The notes below the pieces were generated by a model. It did not search any database. It saw nothing but the letters and a program-made list of their open reading frames with translations, and was not told where the DNA came from. Source: an uncultured Acidimicrobiales bacterium (lineage in GTDB: Bacteria; Actinomycetota; Acidimicrobiia; Acidimicrobiales; SZUA-35). From it: a DNA stretch of 64,000 nucleotides. Position numbers and translations under genes: made by a program. This document shows, in pieces, positions 1-12,800 of this stretch. The DNA is taken from positions 181,845-245,844 of the forward strand of contig CAVOYW010000005.1 in the NCBI GenBank assembly GCA_963700755.1. Reading direction: 5' to 3'. Position 1 is the stretch's first letter, and each line of letters starts with the position of its first letter.

Positions 1-660
1 ATGATCACCGCCGCCGGCACCGTCCCCCCGGCGCGGGTCCTCGTCCTCGGGGCCGGTGTCGCCGGGCTCCAGGCGATCGCAACGGCGAAGCGCCTCGGCG
101 CAGTCGTCGAGGGCTACGACGTCCGGCCGGCCGCCGCCGAGCAGATCCGGTCGCTGGGGGCCAGAGCGGTGGAACTCGACGTCGATACCGCCGACAGCGA
201 GGACACCGGTGGGTACGCCAGGCAGCAGGATGCCGACACGGCCGCCCGCCAGCGCGAACTGCTGTCTCGACATGTCGCGCAGGCCGACGTCGTGATCACC
301 ACGGCAGCCATTCCCGGTGCCGCCAGTCCGCTGCTCGTCACCACCGAGATGGTCGAGGCCATGGCCCCGGGATCGGTGATCGTCGACCTGGCGGCCGAAC
401 GGGGTGGCAACTGCGAGCTGACCCGCCTCGACGAGTCGGTCGTTCACCACGGTGTCTCCGTTCTCGGACCGTCGGACCTCGCCTCCGGCTCGTCGGCGAC
501 GGCCAGCCACATGTTCACGAACAACGTGATCGCACTGCTCGGCCACCTGGCCGACGAAGGCGACATCGAACTCGACCTCGACGACGAGATCACCGCAGCG
601 GTCCTGGTTGCCCGAGGGGGCGACGTGGTTCACCCCCGCGTGGTGGAGAGATTGACATGA
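1..660 (+). CDS. pntA: NAD(P) transhydrogenase alpha subunit, dI/NAD-binding part (5' truncated by window edge)
   Basis: TAAGTVPPARVLVLGAGVAGLQAIATAKRLGA, DVVITTAAIPG and IVDLAAERGGNCE are PntA dI motifs. Confidence 0.95.
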   Translation: MITAAGTVPPARVLVLGAGVAGLQAIATAKRLGAVVEGYDVRPAAAEQIRSLGARAVELDVDTADSEDTGGYARQQDADTAARQRELLSRHVAQADVVITTAAIPGAASPLLVTTEMVEAMAPGSVIVDLAAERGGNCELTRLDESVVHHGVSVLGPSDLASGSSATASHMFTNNVIALLGHLADEGDIELDLDDEITAAVLVARGGDVVHPRVVERLT

Positions 661-959
661 GCTTCTTGATCGCACTGACCCTGTTCGCCCTCGCCGTGTT
701 CCTCGGAGTCGAGTTGATCTCGAAGGTGCCGCCGACGTTGCACACGCCGTTGCTGTCGGGATCCAACGCGGTCAGTGGCATCACGCTGATCGGGGCGCTC
801 GTCTCGGCCGGGAGCGAACACTCGACGACGACCTCGATTCTCGGATTTCTCGCCGTGACCCTGGCCACGATCAACGTCGTCGGCGGGTTCCTGGTCACCA
901 ACCGCATGCTGATGATGTTCCGCACCAAGCGCCCCGATCGAGCGGGTGGCGATCGCTGA
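657..959 (+). CDS. pntA: NAD(P) transhydrogenase alpha subunit part 2 (membrane)
   Basis: KVPPTLHTPLLSGSNAVSG and INVVGGFLVTNRMLMMF; ATGA overlap with upstream gene. Confidence 0.95.
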   Translation: MSFLIALTLFALAVFLGVELISKVPPTLHTPLLSGSNAVSGITLIGALVSAGSEHSTTTSILGFLAVTLATINVVGGFLVTNRMLMMFRTKRPDRAGGDR

Positions 960-2329
960 TGTCGAACCTCGTCCAGGCCGGGTATCTCGTCTCGGCCGTC
1001 CTGTTCGTCCTCGGCCTCAAGGGCTTGGCCCGCCCTCGCACGGCCGTGCGGGGCAACCTCCTGAGCGCACTCGGGATGCTCGTCGCCGTGCTCGTGACGC
1101 TCACCAGCGAGTCCATCGTCAGTTACTGGGTGCTGCTCGCCGGTGTGGTCGTCGGCAGCGCAATCGGTGCGTTGCTCGCGTTGAAGGTGCAGATGACCGG
1201 TATGCCGGAACTCGTCGCACTGTTCAACGGTGTGGGTGGCCTGGCGTCGGCGCTCGTCGTCGCGGCCTCGTATCTGGAATCGACCGACCTGGCCCTCGAC
1301 GACAACGCGTTCATCGGTGCCGTCGGGATCGGTGCGATGATCGGCCCGACGACCTTCAGCGGCAGCGTCCTCGCCTTCGGCAAGCTCCGGGAATCGATCG
1401 GCACCGTGCGTTCGAGGGCCCTCCCCGTGATCAACGCCGCGCTGCTGGTCGTCACGCTGGCCGCCCTCCTCGGCCTCTTCCTCCAGCCGGACAGCATCGG
1501 GTGGTTGATCGCCATCATCGTCTTGAGCACGATTGCCGGTGTGGCCCTGGTGCTCCCCATCGGTGGGGCGGACATGCCCGTCGTGATCGCCTTCCTCAAC
1601 TCCCTGTCCGGGTTGGCGGCGGCGTCAACCGGCTTCGCCCTCGACAACAGCCTGCTCATCATCGCCGGCTCACTGGTCGGCGCCAGCGGGCTCGTGCTCA
1701 CCCAGGTGATGTGTGTCGCCATGAACCGGACGCTGGCCAACGTGCTGTTCGGTTCGATCTCGGCGGAACGAACGATCGATCCCGATGACGTCTACGAGGG
1801 CAGGATCCGTTCGACATCGGCCGACGACGTTGCGCTCATCCTCGATGCTGCGAGCAGTGTCATCATCGTTCCCGGCTACGGTCTCGCCGTTGCCCAGGCC
1901 CAGCACGCCGTACGGGATCTGTCTCGTGCGCTCGAAAAGCGTGGGACATCGGTGACCTTTGCGATCCACCCCGTCGCCGGGCGAATGCCGGGGCACATGA
2001 ACGTGCTCTTGGCCGAGGCCGAGATCGACTACGCCGACCTGATCGAGATGGCCGAGGCCAACCCGGCCTTCGCCCAGACCGACGTTGCCATCGTGCTGGG
2101 CGCCAACGACGTGGTGAACCCGGTCGCCCGTGAGCCCGACAGTGCCATCGCCGGCATGCCGATCCTCGACGTCGACAAGGCTCGAACGGTCGTGGTGATC
2201 AAGCGATCGCTTTCCCCGGGATTCGCCGGAATCCCCAACCCACTCTTCGCGAACGAGAACGCCCTGATGCTCTTCGCCGATGCCAAGAAGGCCGTCACCG
2301 ACATCACGAAGGCGCTCGACGAGCTCTGA
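959..2329 (+). CDS. pntB: NAD(P) transhydrogenase beta subunit
   Basis: IGGADMPVVI, VPGYGLAVAQAQH, HPVAGRMPGHMNVLLAEA, GANDVVNP. Confidence 0.97.
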   Translation: MSNLVQAGYLVSAVLFVLGLKGLARPRTAVRGNLLSALGMLVAVLVTLTSESIVSYWVLLAGVVVGSAIGALLALKVQMTGMPELVALFNGVGGLASALVVAASYLESTDLALDDNAFIGAVGIGAMIGPTTFSGSVLAFGKLRESIGTVRSRALPVINAALLVVTLAALLGLFLQPDSIGWLIAIIVLSTIAGVALVLPIGGADMPVVIAFLNSLSGLAAASTGFALDNSLLIIAGSLVGASGLVLTQVMCVAMNRTLANVLFGSISAERTIDPDDVYEGRIRSTSADDVALILDAASSVIIVPGYGLAVAQAQHAVRDLSRALEKRGTSVTFAIHPVAGRMPGHMNVLLAEAEIDYADLIEMAEANPAFAQTDVAIVLGANDVVNPVAREPDSAIAGMPILDVDKARTVVVIKRSLSPGFAGIPNPLFANENALMLFADAKKAVTDITKALDEL

Positions 2330-2398
2330 CCGCGCCTGCCCTCGAGTCGGCGGCCAGGATGGCACCGGCTCGGCATGGAGCCCCCGGCGGTCCGACCA

Positions 2399-3607
2399 CT
2401 AGGGTTCGAAGAGGTCGAGGGTCACGGCGGCGATGTCGCCGTTGTCGTCGAGGAAGAAGTCGACGGTCCACCACTCCAGACAACTCGTTGCCGTCGTTGG
2501 TTGGATGCTGATCCTCCGGAGGTCGGCGAAGCCCTCGGGCGCCGGTTCGGGTGGTGCGGCACAGCGTGCATGGGTGCCCACGGTGATCGTGATCGGCGGT
2601 GCCGCGAGGTCGAGGGCCGAGAACGGCCCAGCCCACGCACGGAACTCCTCGCGATCGATCGTCCACGCTCCAGGGCCGACCAGGTCGGCGGCGTTTCGGG
2701 TGGTCACGATGTCGGGTCCGAGGCCGAGTGCCACGTCGGCGGCCAGCGGCAGTGCGGTCACCGTGTCGGTTCCGGGCGCCTCGGCGAAGGCCAGGAAGGC
2801 ATCGACCAGCGCCTGGTCGGCCGGGCTGGGCTCGACCGAAGCCGATGCGGGGTCGACGATGAGTCGGTCGCCGTCGAAACGTACGGCGACATCGACCCGA
2901 TTCGACGTCCATCGCACCCCCTGCGCCTCCTCGAGGCCGACATCGAGCTTCTCGGGGTCGGCGATCACGATCCACAACCAACCGCACTGCGGCGGATAGG
3001 ACTCCATGAGTGTCTCGCACAGTCGGGCCGAGGTCTGGTCCCACACCACGAACCCGGAAACGGTCGCGTCGCGAGGACCTTCTCCGTCGAACAACGCCGA
3101 CAACTCGATCGACTCTTCCGACGAATCGGGCGCCGATACGGTCGTCGTGGCCGGCGGCTCGGCGTCGGAGCCTTCCGGCGGCCACGGCGCTCCGTCGACG
3201 CGGACGATGAACTCGACGATGCGCTCCGGGACCGGCGGGTCGTCGAACGGACGGAGGTACTCGAAACGCAGGATGCCCGCTCCCGAACCGGTCGCCTCGA
3301 ACTCGAAGACCTGCGTGCCGGCCGCGCCGACGAGGTCGGTGTCGGGTTCCTCGAAGGTCGTGGAGCCCACCTCGATCAGGCCCTCCAGGGTGGCCAGGTC
3401 GACCTGCCATTCGTAGCCCGTGCTGGGATTCGACTCGAGCCGGACCTCGAACGACTCGCCGGTGGCGACCGAGATCTCCGAGCCCGAGTCGGCATCGGTC
3501 ATCACGATCGGCGTCTCGTCACCCCCGGCCTCGTCACCCCCGCTGTCGTCGCTCCCGCACGACGTGAGAAGCAGAACCACCAACGCAGTCGACGCGAACC
3601 ATCTCAT
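2399..3607 (-). CDS. Lipoprotein with I42 (chagasin-like) protease-inhibitor domain plus two Cys-containing domains
   Basis: Signal peptide and lipobox MRWFASTALVVLLLTSC; ESNPSTGYEW...GAAG...YLRPF chagasin motifs; start reassigned to ATG at 3607. Confidence 0.75.
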   Translation of the reverse strand: MRWFASTALVVLLLTSCGSDDSGGDEAGGDETPIVMTDADSGSEISVATGESFEVRLESNPSTGYEWQVDLATLEGLIEVGSTTFEEPDTDLVGAAGTQVFEFEATGSGAGILRFEYLRPFDDPPVPERIVEFIVRVDGAPWPPEGSDAEPPATTTVSAPDSSEESIELSALFDGEGPRDATVSGFVVWDQTSARLCETLMESYPPQCGWLWIVIADPEKLDVGLEEAQGVRWTSNRVDVAVRFDGDRLIVDPASASVEPSPADQALVDAFLAFAEAPGTDTVTALPLAADVALGLGPDIVTTRNAADLVGPGAWTIDREEFRAWAGPFSALDLAAPPITITVGTHARCAAPPEPAPEGFADLRRISIQPTTATSCLEWWTVDFFLDDNGDIAAVTLDLFEP

Positions 3608-3708
3608 GAGTCGATCATGGGTGATCGAGTCGGGACCCGAACAGGTCCCAAAGACCCCTGCACACTGCGCCGACGTGCCTTGGCCGGTCGAGCGAGGCCG
3701 CGGTCTCC

Positions 3709-4092
3709 CTAACGTCGGGAATCGGGGACGACCATCACCGGGATGTCGGTGAATTCGAGCACGTGCTCGGTCTGGCTGCCGACATAGGGGCGGCCCGGGC
3801 GGCGCTTGTCGGATTGGCCCATCACGATGAGTTCGGCATCCCACCGATGGGCCTCCTCGAGCAACGCCTCGAACGGTTGGTCGCCGTGCAGCGGGCGCAG
3901 CGTGGCCACGATCCCAGCCTGAGTTGCCTGCTCGCCGACGTGCCGGAGCAGGGTGTCGCTGTTGAAGCCGGGTTCGGCGACGGCCGAGAAGTTGAGTTCG
4001 GCCGACCAGGCACGAGCGAGGCGAATGGCGAGGCCGGCTGCGCTCAGAGCGGTTGGTGAGTCGTCGACAGCGACCAGAATACGGTTCATCAT
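3709..4092 (-). CDS. Universal stress protein (USP)
   Basis: RILVAVDDS...AELIVMGQ...VGSQTEHVLEFTDIPVMVVP; lies 7 nt after the V-ATPase D gene. Confidence 0.9.
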   Translation of the reverse strand: MMNRILVAVDDSPTALSAAGLAIRLARAWSAELNFSAVAEPGFNSDTLLRHVGEQATQAGIVATLRPLHGDQPFEALLEEAHRWDAELIVMGQSDKRRPGRPYVGSQTEHVLEFTDIPVMVVPDSRR

Positions 4093-4099
4093 GGCTGGC

Positions 4100-4708
4100 T
4101 CACTCACGTCGTTGGGTGGCGAGCCGGACCCGGAGGCCCTCCTCGCGGTCTTGTTCGTCGAGATGGAGCTCGAGGTCGTGGAGTTCGGCTTCGAGCCGGG
4201 GCAACAGTCGCTCTTCGATGGCCCGCCGGCGGCGTCGGGTGTCGGCGAGTTCGGCATCCAGGCGCTGCAGTGCCGCACTCGTCGCCGCCTGTTGGGCGGC
4301 TGCCTCGAGCGCTCGACGATAGGCGTCGGTGGTCGGGGCCAAGGCCGCCGTCGAGACCACCGGCGGCGCGGGTGCCGGCACGCAATCGACGCTTCCGGGA
4401 TAGGTGATCCCCATCGAACGTTGCCATTGGGCATCGATCGTTGCCGCGGCGACGGGGTGTCGAGCCAACGCGGCCAGATCGCCGCTGGCCCCCATCATGC
4501 GGGCTCGGAGCAGCCAGGTGGTGGCGTCGAGGCACTGCCGTTTCCAGTTCTGATCAGCTCGCACGGCGTGACCCTCGAGCCGGACGCGCTCTCGTTCCAA
4601 CGCGGTTTCCTTGCTGTGCAGCAGGTCGGCCGCATGCCGGGCGAGTTCGGCCCGCCCGAGGAGCCTCAGACGTTCGGCTCGGGAGCGTGTCGACGTGGTG
4701 AGGGTCAT
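4100..4708 (-). CDS. ntpD: V/A-type ATPase subunit D
   Basis: ARHAADLLHSKETAL and TRRRRRAIEERLLPRL...LDEQDREE; operon position. Confidence 0.88.
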   Translation of the reverse strand: MTLTTSTRSRAERLRLLGRAELARHAADLLHSKETALERERVRLEGHAVRADQNWKRQCLDATTWLLRARMMGASGDLAALARHPVAAATIDAQWQRSMGITYPGSVDCVPAPAPPVVSTAALAPTTDAYRRALEAAAQQAATSAALQRLDAELADTRRRRRAIEERLLPRLEAELHDLELHLDEQDREEGLRVRLATQRRE

Positions 4709-6144
4709 GTCCGACCCCCCGTTGGGTTCTGGTCGTCCACGGGGGCAGGCATCCGGTCACGGATCTGCTGGGCGGTCACCATGGTGAGCTCGCGGCTCGG
4801 GAGAATGGCGGCGACCTGCCAGGCCCGGGCGAGCGTGTCCTCGAGCGAGCGGGAGCCGTGGGATCCCTGATCGACGAAGTCGGTCTCGAAACGCTTGGCG
4901 AAGTCCAGATAGCGGCGCTCGGTGATCGACAGCGCATCGAGGCCGATCAGTGCGGACAGTTCCTCGGCCTGGCGGGCCTGGGCGAGGAGGGCGAGGAGCT
5001 GGGCGGAGATCGCGAGGTGGTCGTCGCGGGTTCGGCCGGGCCCGGCGCCGCGACGCATGAGGCGGGACAGCGAGGAGAGGGCGTCGATCGGAGGGGAGAT
5101 CTCCCTGGCCCAGATGTCGGCCGAGAGAACGATCTGACCCTCGGTGATGTAGCCGGTGAGATCGGGGACCGGATGGGTGATGTCTCCGGCGGGCATCGTG
5201 AGGATCGGCAGTTCGGTGATGGACCCGGGCCGCTCCTTCAGCCGCCCACATCGCTCGTAGATGCCCGCGAGATCGCTGAACAGATAGCCGGGGTAACCCC
5301 GGCGGCTGGGGACCTCGCCCCGGGCGGCGGAGAGTTCACGCACGGCATCGCAGTAGCTCGTCATGTCGGTCAACACCACGAGCACGTGCCGGCCGAGGTC
5401 GAAGGCGAGGTGCTCGGCGACGGTGAGTGCGAGACGGGGTGTGAGGATGCGTTCGATCGTCGGGTCGTCCGCCGTATTCAGGAACAGCGCTGCTTCGCCG
5501 GCCCGTACCCGGTCGCTCAGTCCCTCGGTGATGAGGTCGGCATCGGCGTTGGTGATCCCCATTCCGGCGAAGATCACCCGGAACTCGGCGCCCTCGACCG
5601 TGGCCTGAGCGGCGATCTGGATGGCGAGTTCGAGGTGGGGAAGGCCGCCGATCGAGAACACCGGCAGCTTCTGTCCGCGGACGAGGGTGGCCAGGCCGTC
5701 GATGGCGGAGATGCCGGTGAGGACGGGATCGCGGGGCACGTCGCGTCGGGCCGGGTTGATCACCGAACCCGAGACGGGCCGGACCCGTGATCCGGTGATC
5801 GGTGGGCCCCCGTCGAGTGGCTGTCCCCGTCCGTTGGTCACCCGTCCGAGCCAGCGGTCCGTGACGGGGATGTGGAGTGGTGACCCGGTGAAGGCCACCA
5901 CGTTGCCGGCCGTGCCGATGCCGTCGGTCCCCTCGAACACTTCGACGATGGCCAGATCGTGATCGACGTCGACGACGACCCCGTGCCGGATTCGACCGTC
6001 GCCGAATCGGATCTCGACGTACTCGTCCCAGCCGACCTGCTCGGTTCCGGTCACGAACAGCAGCGGTCCGTCGACCCGGTCGACGGTGGTCATCTCGATG
6101 GGAGCGATCAGCCCCTCGTGAACGGGTACGCCGGATCGGCTCAT
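4705..6144 (-). CDS. ntpB: V/A-type ATPase subunit B
   Basis: TLVRGQKLPVFS, LTDMTSYCDA, RGYPGYLFSDLAGIYERCG, DITHPVPDLTGYITEGQI; start ATG at 6144 overlaps the stop of subunit A. Confidence 0.95.
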   Translation of the reverse strand: MSRSGVPVHEGLIAPIEMTTVDRVDGPLLFVTGTEQVGWDEYVEIRFGDGRIRHGVVVDVDHDLAIVEVFEGTDGIGTAGNVVAFTGSPLHIPVTDRWLGRVTNGRGQPLDGGPPITGSRVRPVSGSVINPARRDVPRDPVLTGISAIDGLATLVRGQKLPVFSIGGLPHLELAIQIAAQATVEGAEFRVIFAGMGITNADADLITEGLSDRVRAGEAALFLNTADDPTIERILTPRLALTVAEHLAFDLGRHVLVVLTDMTSYCDAVRELSAARGEVPSRRGYPGYLFSDLAGIYERCGRLKERPGSITELPILTMPAGDITHPVPDLTGYITEGQIVLSADIWAREISPPIDALSSLSRLMRRGAGPGRTRDDHLAISAQLLALLAQARQAEELSALIGLDALSITERRYLDFAKRFETDFVDQGSHGSRSLEDTLARAWQVAAILPSRELTMVTAQQIRDRMPAPVDDQNPTGGRT

Positions 6145-7872
6145 GAGGTGACCCCGTTCAACTCGGTGCAGATGCGGGTGGCGATGGCGGTCGACACCGC
6201 TCGCGTCATCGGGAGCGGTGTCGTCCTTGGCCCGGATGAGCGGGCTGAAGTCGAAGGTCTCGATGACCGCAGCGGGTGTGCCCGCCCGTCCGAGCACGAC
6301 GGCGGTGTCGTAGACGTCGAGCACGGCCTGCGCGAGCGCGGCCTGCTTGGTCGTCGCAGCAGAAGCCGTCGTTGTCGCTGAGCGCGCTCTGCTGCAGGAT
6401 CCCCTCGCGTGCCAGTCGGGCCGCGAGCAGAACCAGGCGTTCCTCGGTCGGAAGTGCGGTCAGGCCGACCAGGTCGGCGATGCCTTGCAGCCGTGCCGCT
6501 TCGTTGAGCAACGATTGCAGACGCGAACGGCGGACCGCCCAGTCCGGATCGCCGTTGGCGGCATGCCAACGGGCAACGGCGACGCTGTCGCGGGAGAACG
6601 AACGGGTCCAGCTCACGGCGGGGTAGTGGCGGGCGTAGGCGAGTTCGCGATCGAGGGCCCACATGGCCTGGACGAAGCGTTGGGTATGCGCCGCGACCGG
6701 CTCGGTCGGATCGCCGCCCGGTGGTGAGACCGAGGTGACGATGGTGACGGTCCCATCGAGCCCCCCGGTCGTGGTGACGTGACCGGCCCGTTGGTAGAAC
6801 GCCGCCAGTGAGGACGGCAGATCGGCCGGATAGCCCTGTTCGGCCGGGATGGCCCCGGTACGGCCGGCGAGTTCGCGCCTCGCCTCGGCCCAGCGTGATG
6901 TCGAGTCGGCGATGATCACGGCGTGAAGGCCCATGTCCCGGTAGTACTCGGCCAGGGTCACGGCGGTGTAGATGCTGGCCTCGCGTGCCATCACGGGCAT
7001 GTTGGAGGTGTTGGCCAGGATGATCGTGCGTTCCAGGAGCCGCCGCCCGTTCCGGGGATCGACCAGCTGGGACAGCTCCTCGATGAGGTCGGCCAGTTCG
7101 TTGCCTCGTTCGCCGCACCCCACGTAGATGATGATGTCGGCATCACCCCATTTGGCCAGCTGTTCGAGCAGCATGGTCTTTCCCTCACCGAAACCGCCGA
7201 TCACGGTGGCGCTGCTGCCCTTGGCGATGGGTTCGAGGGTGTCGAGCACCCGTTGCCCGGTGAGGAAGGGCTTCCGTTCGGTCAGACGACGGAGGTAGGG
7301 ACGAGGTTTGCGGACGGCCACTGGCCGGTGAGGGCGATCGGTGTGCCGCCGACGATGGCGATGGTGGCGGTGGTGTCGTAGCGCCCGGCGGTGACCAGGT
7401 GGTCGAGGGACCCGCCGACGCCCGGCGGCACGACCACGAGGTGGTCGAACGCGGTCGTCGACGTGACCGAACCGAGCACGTCGCCCGATCGGACCTCGGT
7501 GCCGGCGACGGCCGATGGCACGAACTCGTGGGTGGAGGCTGCGGCTCGGGTGAGACCGCGGGGAGGGAGGAAATCGGGCGCCTCGTCGAGTGGGCGAAGG
7601 AGGCCGTCATAGATCCCGCCGAGGAGACCGGGACCCAATTCGACGGTCAGCGGGTGCCCGGATGTCCAGGCCGGTTCACCGACTTCCAGCCCCCCCGTGT
7701 ACTCGTAGAGCTGGGCGACGACGCGGTCGAGGTCGAGCGCGATGATCTCCCCGGGCAGGCGGTCGTGTCCGACCTCGACGTACTCGAACCGGGTCACGTC
7801 GCCGAGGCCGCCGAGGTGCACGACGGGGCCGTTGACCCGTTCCACTCGTCCGGTGCCGGTGCTCAGGTCCAC
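6141..7872 (-). CDS. ntpA: V/A-type ATPase catalytic subunit A (split by about 3 frameshifts)
   Basis: ELGPGLLGGIYDGLLRPL in frame 7282..7872; P-loop GGFGEGKT, GCGERGNE, ANTSNMPVMAREAS and DSTSRWAEA in frame 6206..7321; the tail continues in two other frames. Shifts near 7318, 6340 and 6190. Confidence 0.93.
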
Positions 7873-8404
7873 AGCGTCGCCACCTGGTCGGCCAGGACAT
7901 CCAGGGCTCGGTCGGCCAGCGCCGGGAGCGTGTAGTCGACCTGGCGGCGGCCCGATGTCGCCCTCACCCCACCGGCGGGGTCGGGATCGCGTTCGATCAC
8001 GGCGCCGGTGCCGAGCTGGGCTCGGACGATGGCCTCGAGGCGATCGAGCAGGTCGGGATACCGGGTATCGTGTCGCATGGCCAGGGCGGCGGCGTGGACG
8101 TCGTCGACCAGGCGGTCCCGCAGTTCGGACCGTGTCGACAGCACACGATCGTGGGCCTCGGTCCTGGCCCGGGCGAGTTCCTGGTCGACTCGGGCCTGCG
8201 CCGCCTGCTCCTGGCGCCGACGGGCCCGGTCGAGTTCGACTTCGGCTTCCCGCTCGGCCTGGGCAATGCGTTCCTCGGCGGCGTGGTTCGCTTCGGCCAG
8301 GATTCGTCGGGCCTCGGACCTGGCGTCGTCGAGGAGGGCGGCGCCCGCCGGCAGCAGGGAGTCCAGGAGGACGCCCGACCGGGTGCCCGATGCGATCCCG
8401 GTGG

Positions 8405-8408
<4 letters not shown>
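7863..8408 (-). CDS. ntpE: V/A-type ATPase subunit E
   Basis: Coiled-coil N-terminus and C-terminal AGGVRATSGRRQVDYTL; operon position. Confidence 0.8.
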
Positions 8409-10472
<2,064 letters not shown>

Positions 10473-10486
<14 letters not shown>

Positions 10487-11390
10487 CGAAGACCCCCTGC
10501 GGTGAGCGACCGGCGACCTCGATCGCCGCGGTGACCAGCCAGAGATCGACCAGGAGCAGGGCCATGATCGCCATCACGGTGTTCCGGGTGTAGCGCCCGG
10601 TCGTTGCCATCTTCATGGCGTCGGTGCCGACCCGCCGAACGACGGCGAGTTCGGCTTCCCAGAGATTCTCGGGGGACGGGCTCGGTCCGAGCGGCCAGGC
10701 AGCCGATTTCGGCAGCTGATCGACCAGATCGGAAAGGGTCGTCGCCCGTTCCCAGCGGGTGCCCAGCAGTGCGTCGACCTCGTGGCTGGTTCGATCGCCG
10801 ATCGTGCGGTCGAACGCGAACCGCTCGCGGGCGATGAGCACGGCCGTCGCCCCCCGAGCCCAGTCGCCGGCATCGGGAACTTGTCGAACGATGCGGCGAG
10901 CCCAGGCCACACGAAGACCCAGTCCGATGGCCAGGGGATCGCTTCCGCCTGGGTCTCCCCACGCCGAACGGGCGAGCATGTCCCGAATCTGTTCCGCCGA
11001 GTTGGCCCCGCCGATTCGGGCACCGGCCACCGCCAGCGAACCGAGCGGAATGGACGCAACGGGATCGTCGCCCGCCAGCTGCCCGAGTCGTTGCTCGATG
11101 TTCGCGATCTCCAACGGACCGGCGAAGAGTCGGGCCAGTCCACTGGCCGCCGGTGGGAGCCAGCCGGCCAGGACCCGCAGCTGCCAGGCCGTGGCGGTGG
11201 CGGCGTTGCGACGGGCCGTGGCGCGATCGGCGTCGGTCGGAAGGTCGGTGCCGTAGACGGTCGTCCGGAGTTGCGTCGTGGTGTCAGCCCACGATTCGCT
11301 CTCGGCGAGCGCTCGGGCGCCGCTGGTCCCGACCAGTCGTCCGAGGAGCGCCCGTCCACGAGTGGCGGCAGCGACCCAACCTGCGGTCAC
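10473..11390 (-). CDS. V/A-type ATPase subunit C/d-like protein
   Basis: About 305 aa, overlaps its neighbours, sits directly upstream of subunit I as in other actinobacterial V-ATPase operons. Confidence 0.65.
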
Positions 11391-11845
11391 GATGGATCCT
11401 CACGGTCGACGGCGCCGGACTGGCCGAGTTGGGCCCAGATCACGTCGATCACCGCATCGACCGTGGCCGGCGTCATGTCCCGGGCCGTTTGCCGCAGCCG
11501 CTCGACGGTCTGGGCGGTGTCGGCTTCCAGTCGAGATCGTTCGTCATCACCGAGTTCGTTGCGGTTCCCGGTCGTTTCCGCCCCGGCCTTGGCCAGACGG
11601 TCGGGCAGCTCGGCTCGGATCCGACTCTCCCGCCGTTCGGCCTCGGTTCGGACCCGTTCGGCGTCGGCCCGTGCCGCAGCCACGACGCCGTCTGCTTCAT
11701 CCTCGAAGGCCTGCAGGATCCGAGCGACGTCGGCCAATTCTCGTGCGTAGATCGCTTCCTGGTGCGGCTGTTCGCCCTCGGTCGGCGCGCCAGGTGTTCC
11801 CGCCGGCCGGATTCGTTCGAGGAGTTCGCTGAGGCGAGGGGGCAC
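11387..11845 (-). CDS. Probable V/A-type ATPase peripheral stalk subunit G/H
   Basis: Charged coiled-coil (EADGVVAAARADAERVRTEAERR); first gene of the operon. Confidence 0.6.
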   Translation of the reverse strand: MPPRLSELLERIRPAGTPGAPTEGEQPHQEAIYARELADVARILQAFEDEADGVVAAARADAERVRTEAERRESRIRAELPDRLAKAGAETTGNRNELGDDERSRLEADTAQTVERLRQTARDMTPATVDAVIDVIWAQLGQSGAVDREDPS

Positions 11846-12005
11846 GGGACCGCCTCAGCTGCGGTTGGGATGATGGTCGGTCGGGTCGGCCGAAACCACG
11901 GTTTGCATCACGGCCGCCAAGATTCGCCTCATGGATGCTCCCTTCGCTTCGAATGGGCTGGTCCGTTCCGCTGTCAGCATCGCATCGACCCGGAGTTCCC
12001 AGCGA

Positions 12006-12019
12006 GAGTCCTAGGTCCC
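12006..12019. promoter_or_regulatory. DevR/DosR-like box upstream of the V-ATPase operon
   Basis: Minus strand reads GGGAC-CTAG-GACTC versus core consensus GGGAC-N4-GTCCC. Confidence 0.4.
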
Positions 12020-12162
12020 TGCGCCGTCCTCGACTCGTCCCGAAGTCTCCGACGAGCGGCACGGCCGACCTGACCGGCCGGGCCCTTGCCGGCCGGTGGT
12101 CGAACCCCTATGTTGTGCGAGTGGAGCTGGCACAAGATTCCGACCGAGATGGGGACCCAGGC

Positions 12163-12744
12163 ATGAACGACGAACCGATCCCGAACCTGTTGCAGGATTC
12201 GCTCTATCGGCGGATGCGCACGATGCACTCGCTCTACTACCAGGCCGTCGACACGATGGACCTCGACCACGTGAACCACTTCGAACGCGAAGGCGTGGTC
12301 CCGATCGCCTTCTCGCTCTTCCACTACACCAACATGCAGGATGCGACCTTCATGGTGATCACGGGCGAGCTTCCGATCTGGAACGCCGAGTGGCAGGATC
12401 GGGTCCAGATGGCGGTCGACGACCACGGAAAGGAGCGGACCGTCGACGAGATGGTGCACCAACGCATCGGCGACTACGAGGCCTTCAAGGACTACCAACG
12501 CTCGGTGTTCTCTCGTACCGAGGAGCACCTCGCCACGATGGATGCGGCCGACTTCGGTCGGGTGATCATCGCTCCGCCCTACCCGCCCCAGGTGGCCAGC
12601 ACCTACAGCGCGATGTGCGCCGGACCGCAGGGGATCACGGTGCTCGATGCGTTCGAGTGCTGGCACTACCAACACGGTCTGCGCCACATGGGTGAGATCG
12701 AGATGGCCCGCGGACTCGTGGGGCTCGGCGGGATGACCTCATGA
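12163..12744 (+). CDS. DinB/YfiT superfamily protein
   Basis: PIAFSLFH and C-terminal HGLRHMGEI give a His-triad pattern. Confidence 0.7.
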   Translation: MNDEPIPNLLQDSLYRRMRTMHSLYYQAVDTMDLDHVNHFEREGVVPIAFSLFHYTNMQDATFMVITGELPIWNAEWQDRVQMAVDDHGKERTVDEMVHQRIGDYEAFKDYQRSVFSRTEEHLATMDAADFGRVIIAPPYPPQVASTYSAMCAGPQGITVLDAFECWHYQHGLRHMGEIEMARGLVGLGGMTS

Positions 12745-12800
12745 CGAGATCGACTCCGGACGCGGTCTCGCCGAAGACAGATCATGACGAAAGGATTCCC

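Noticed and set aside
6141-7872. Programmed frameshifting or an intein in V-ATPase subunit A
   Set aside because: Total length is normal for subunit A with no insert, no slippery heptamer is seen, and similar indels occur in unrelated genes.
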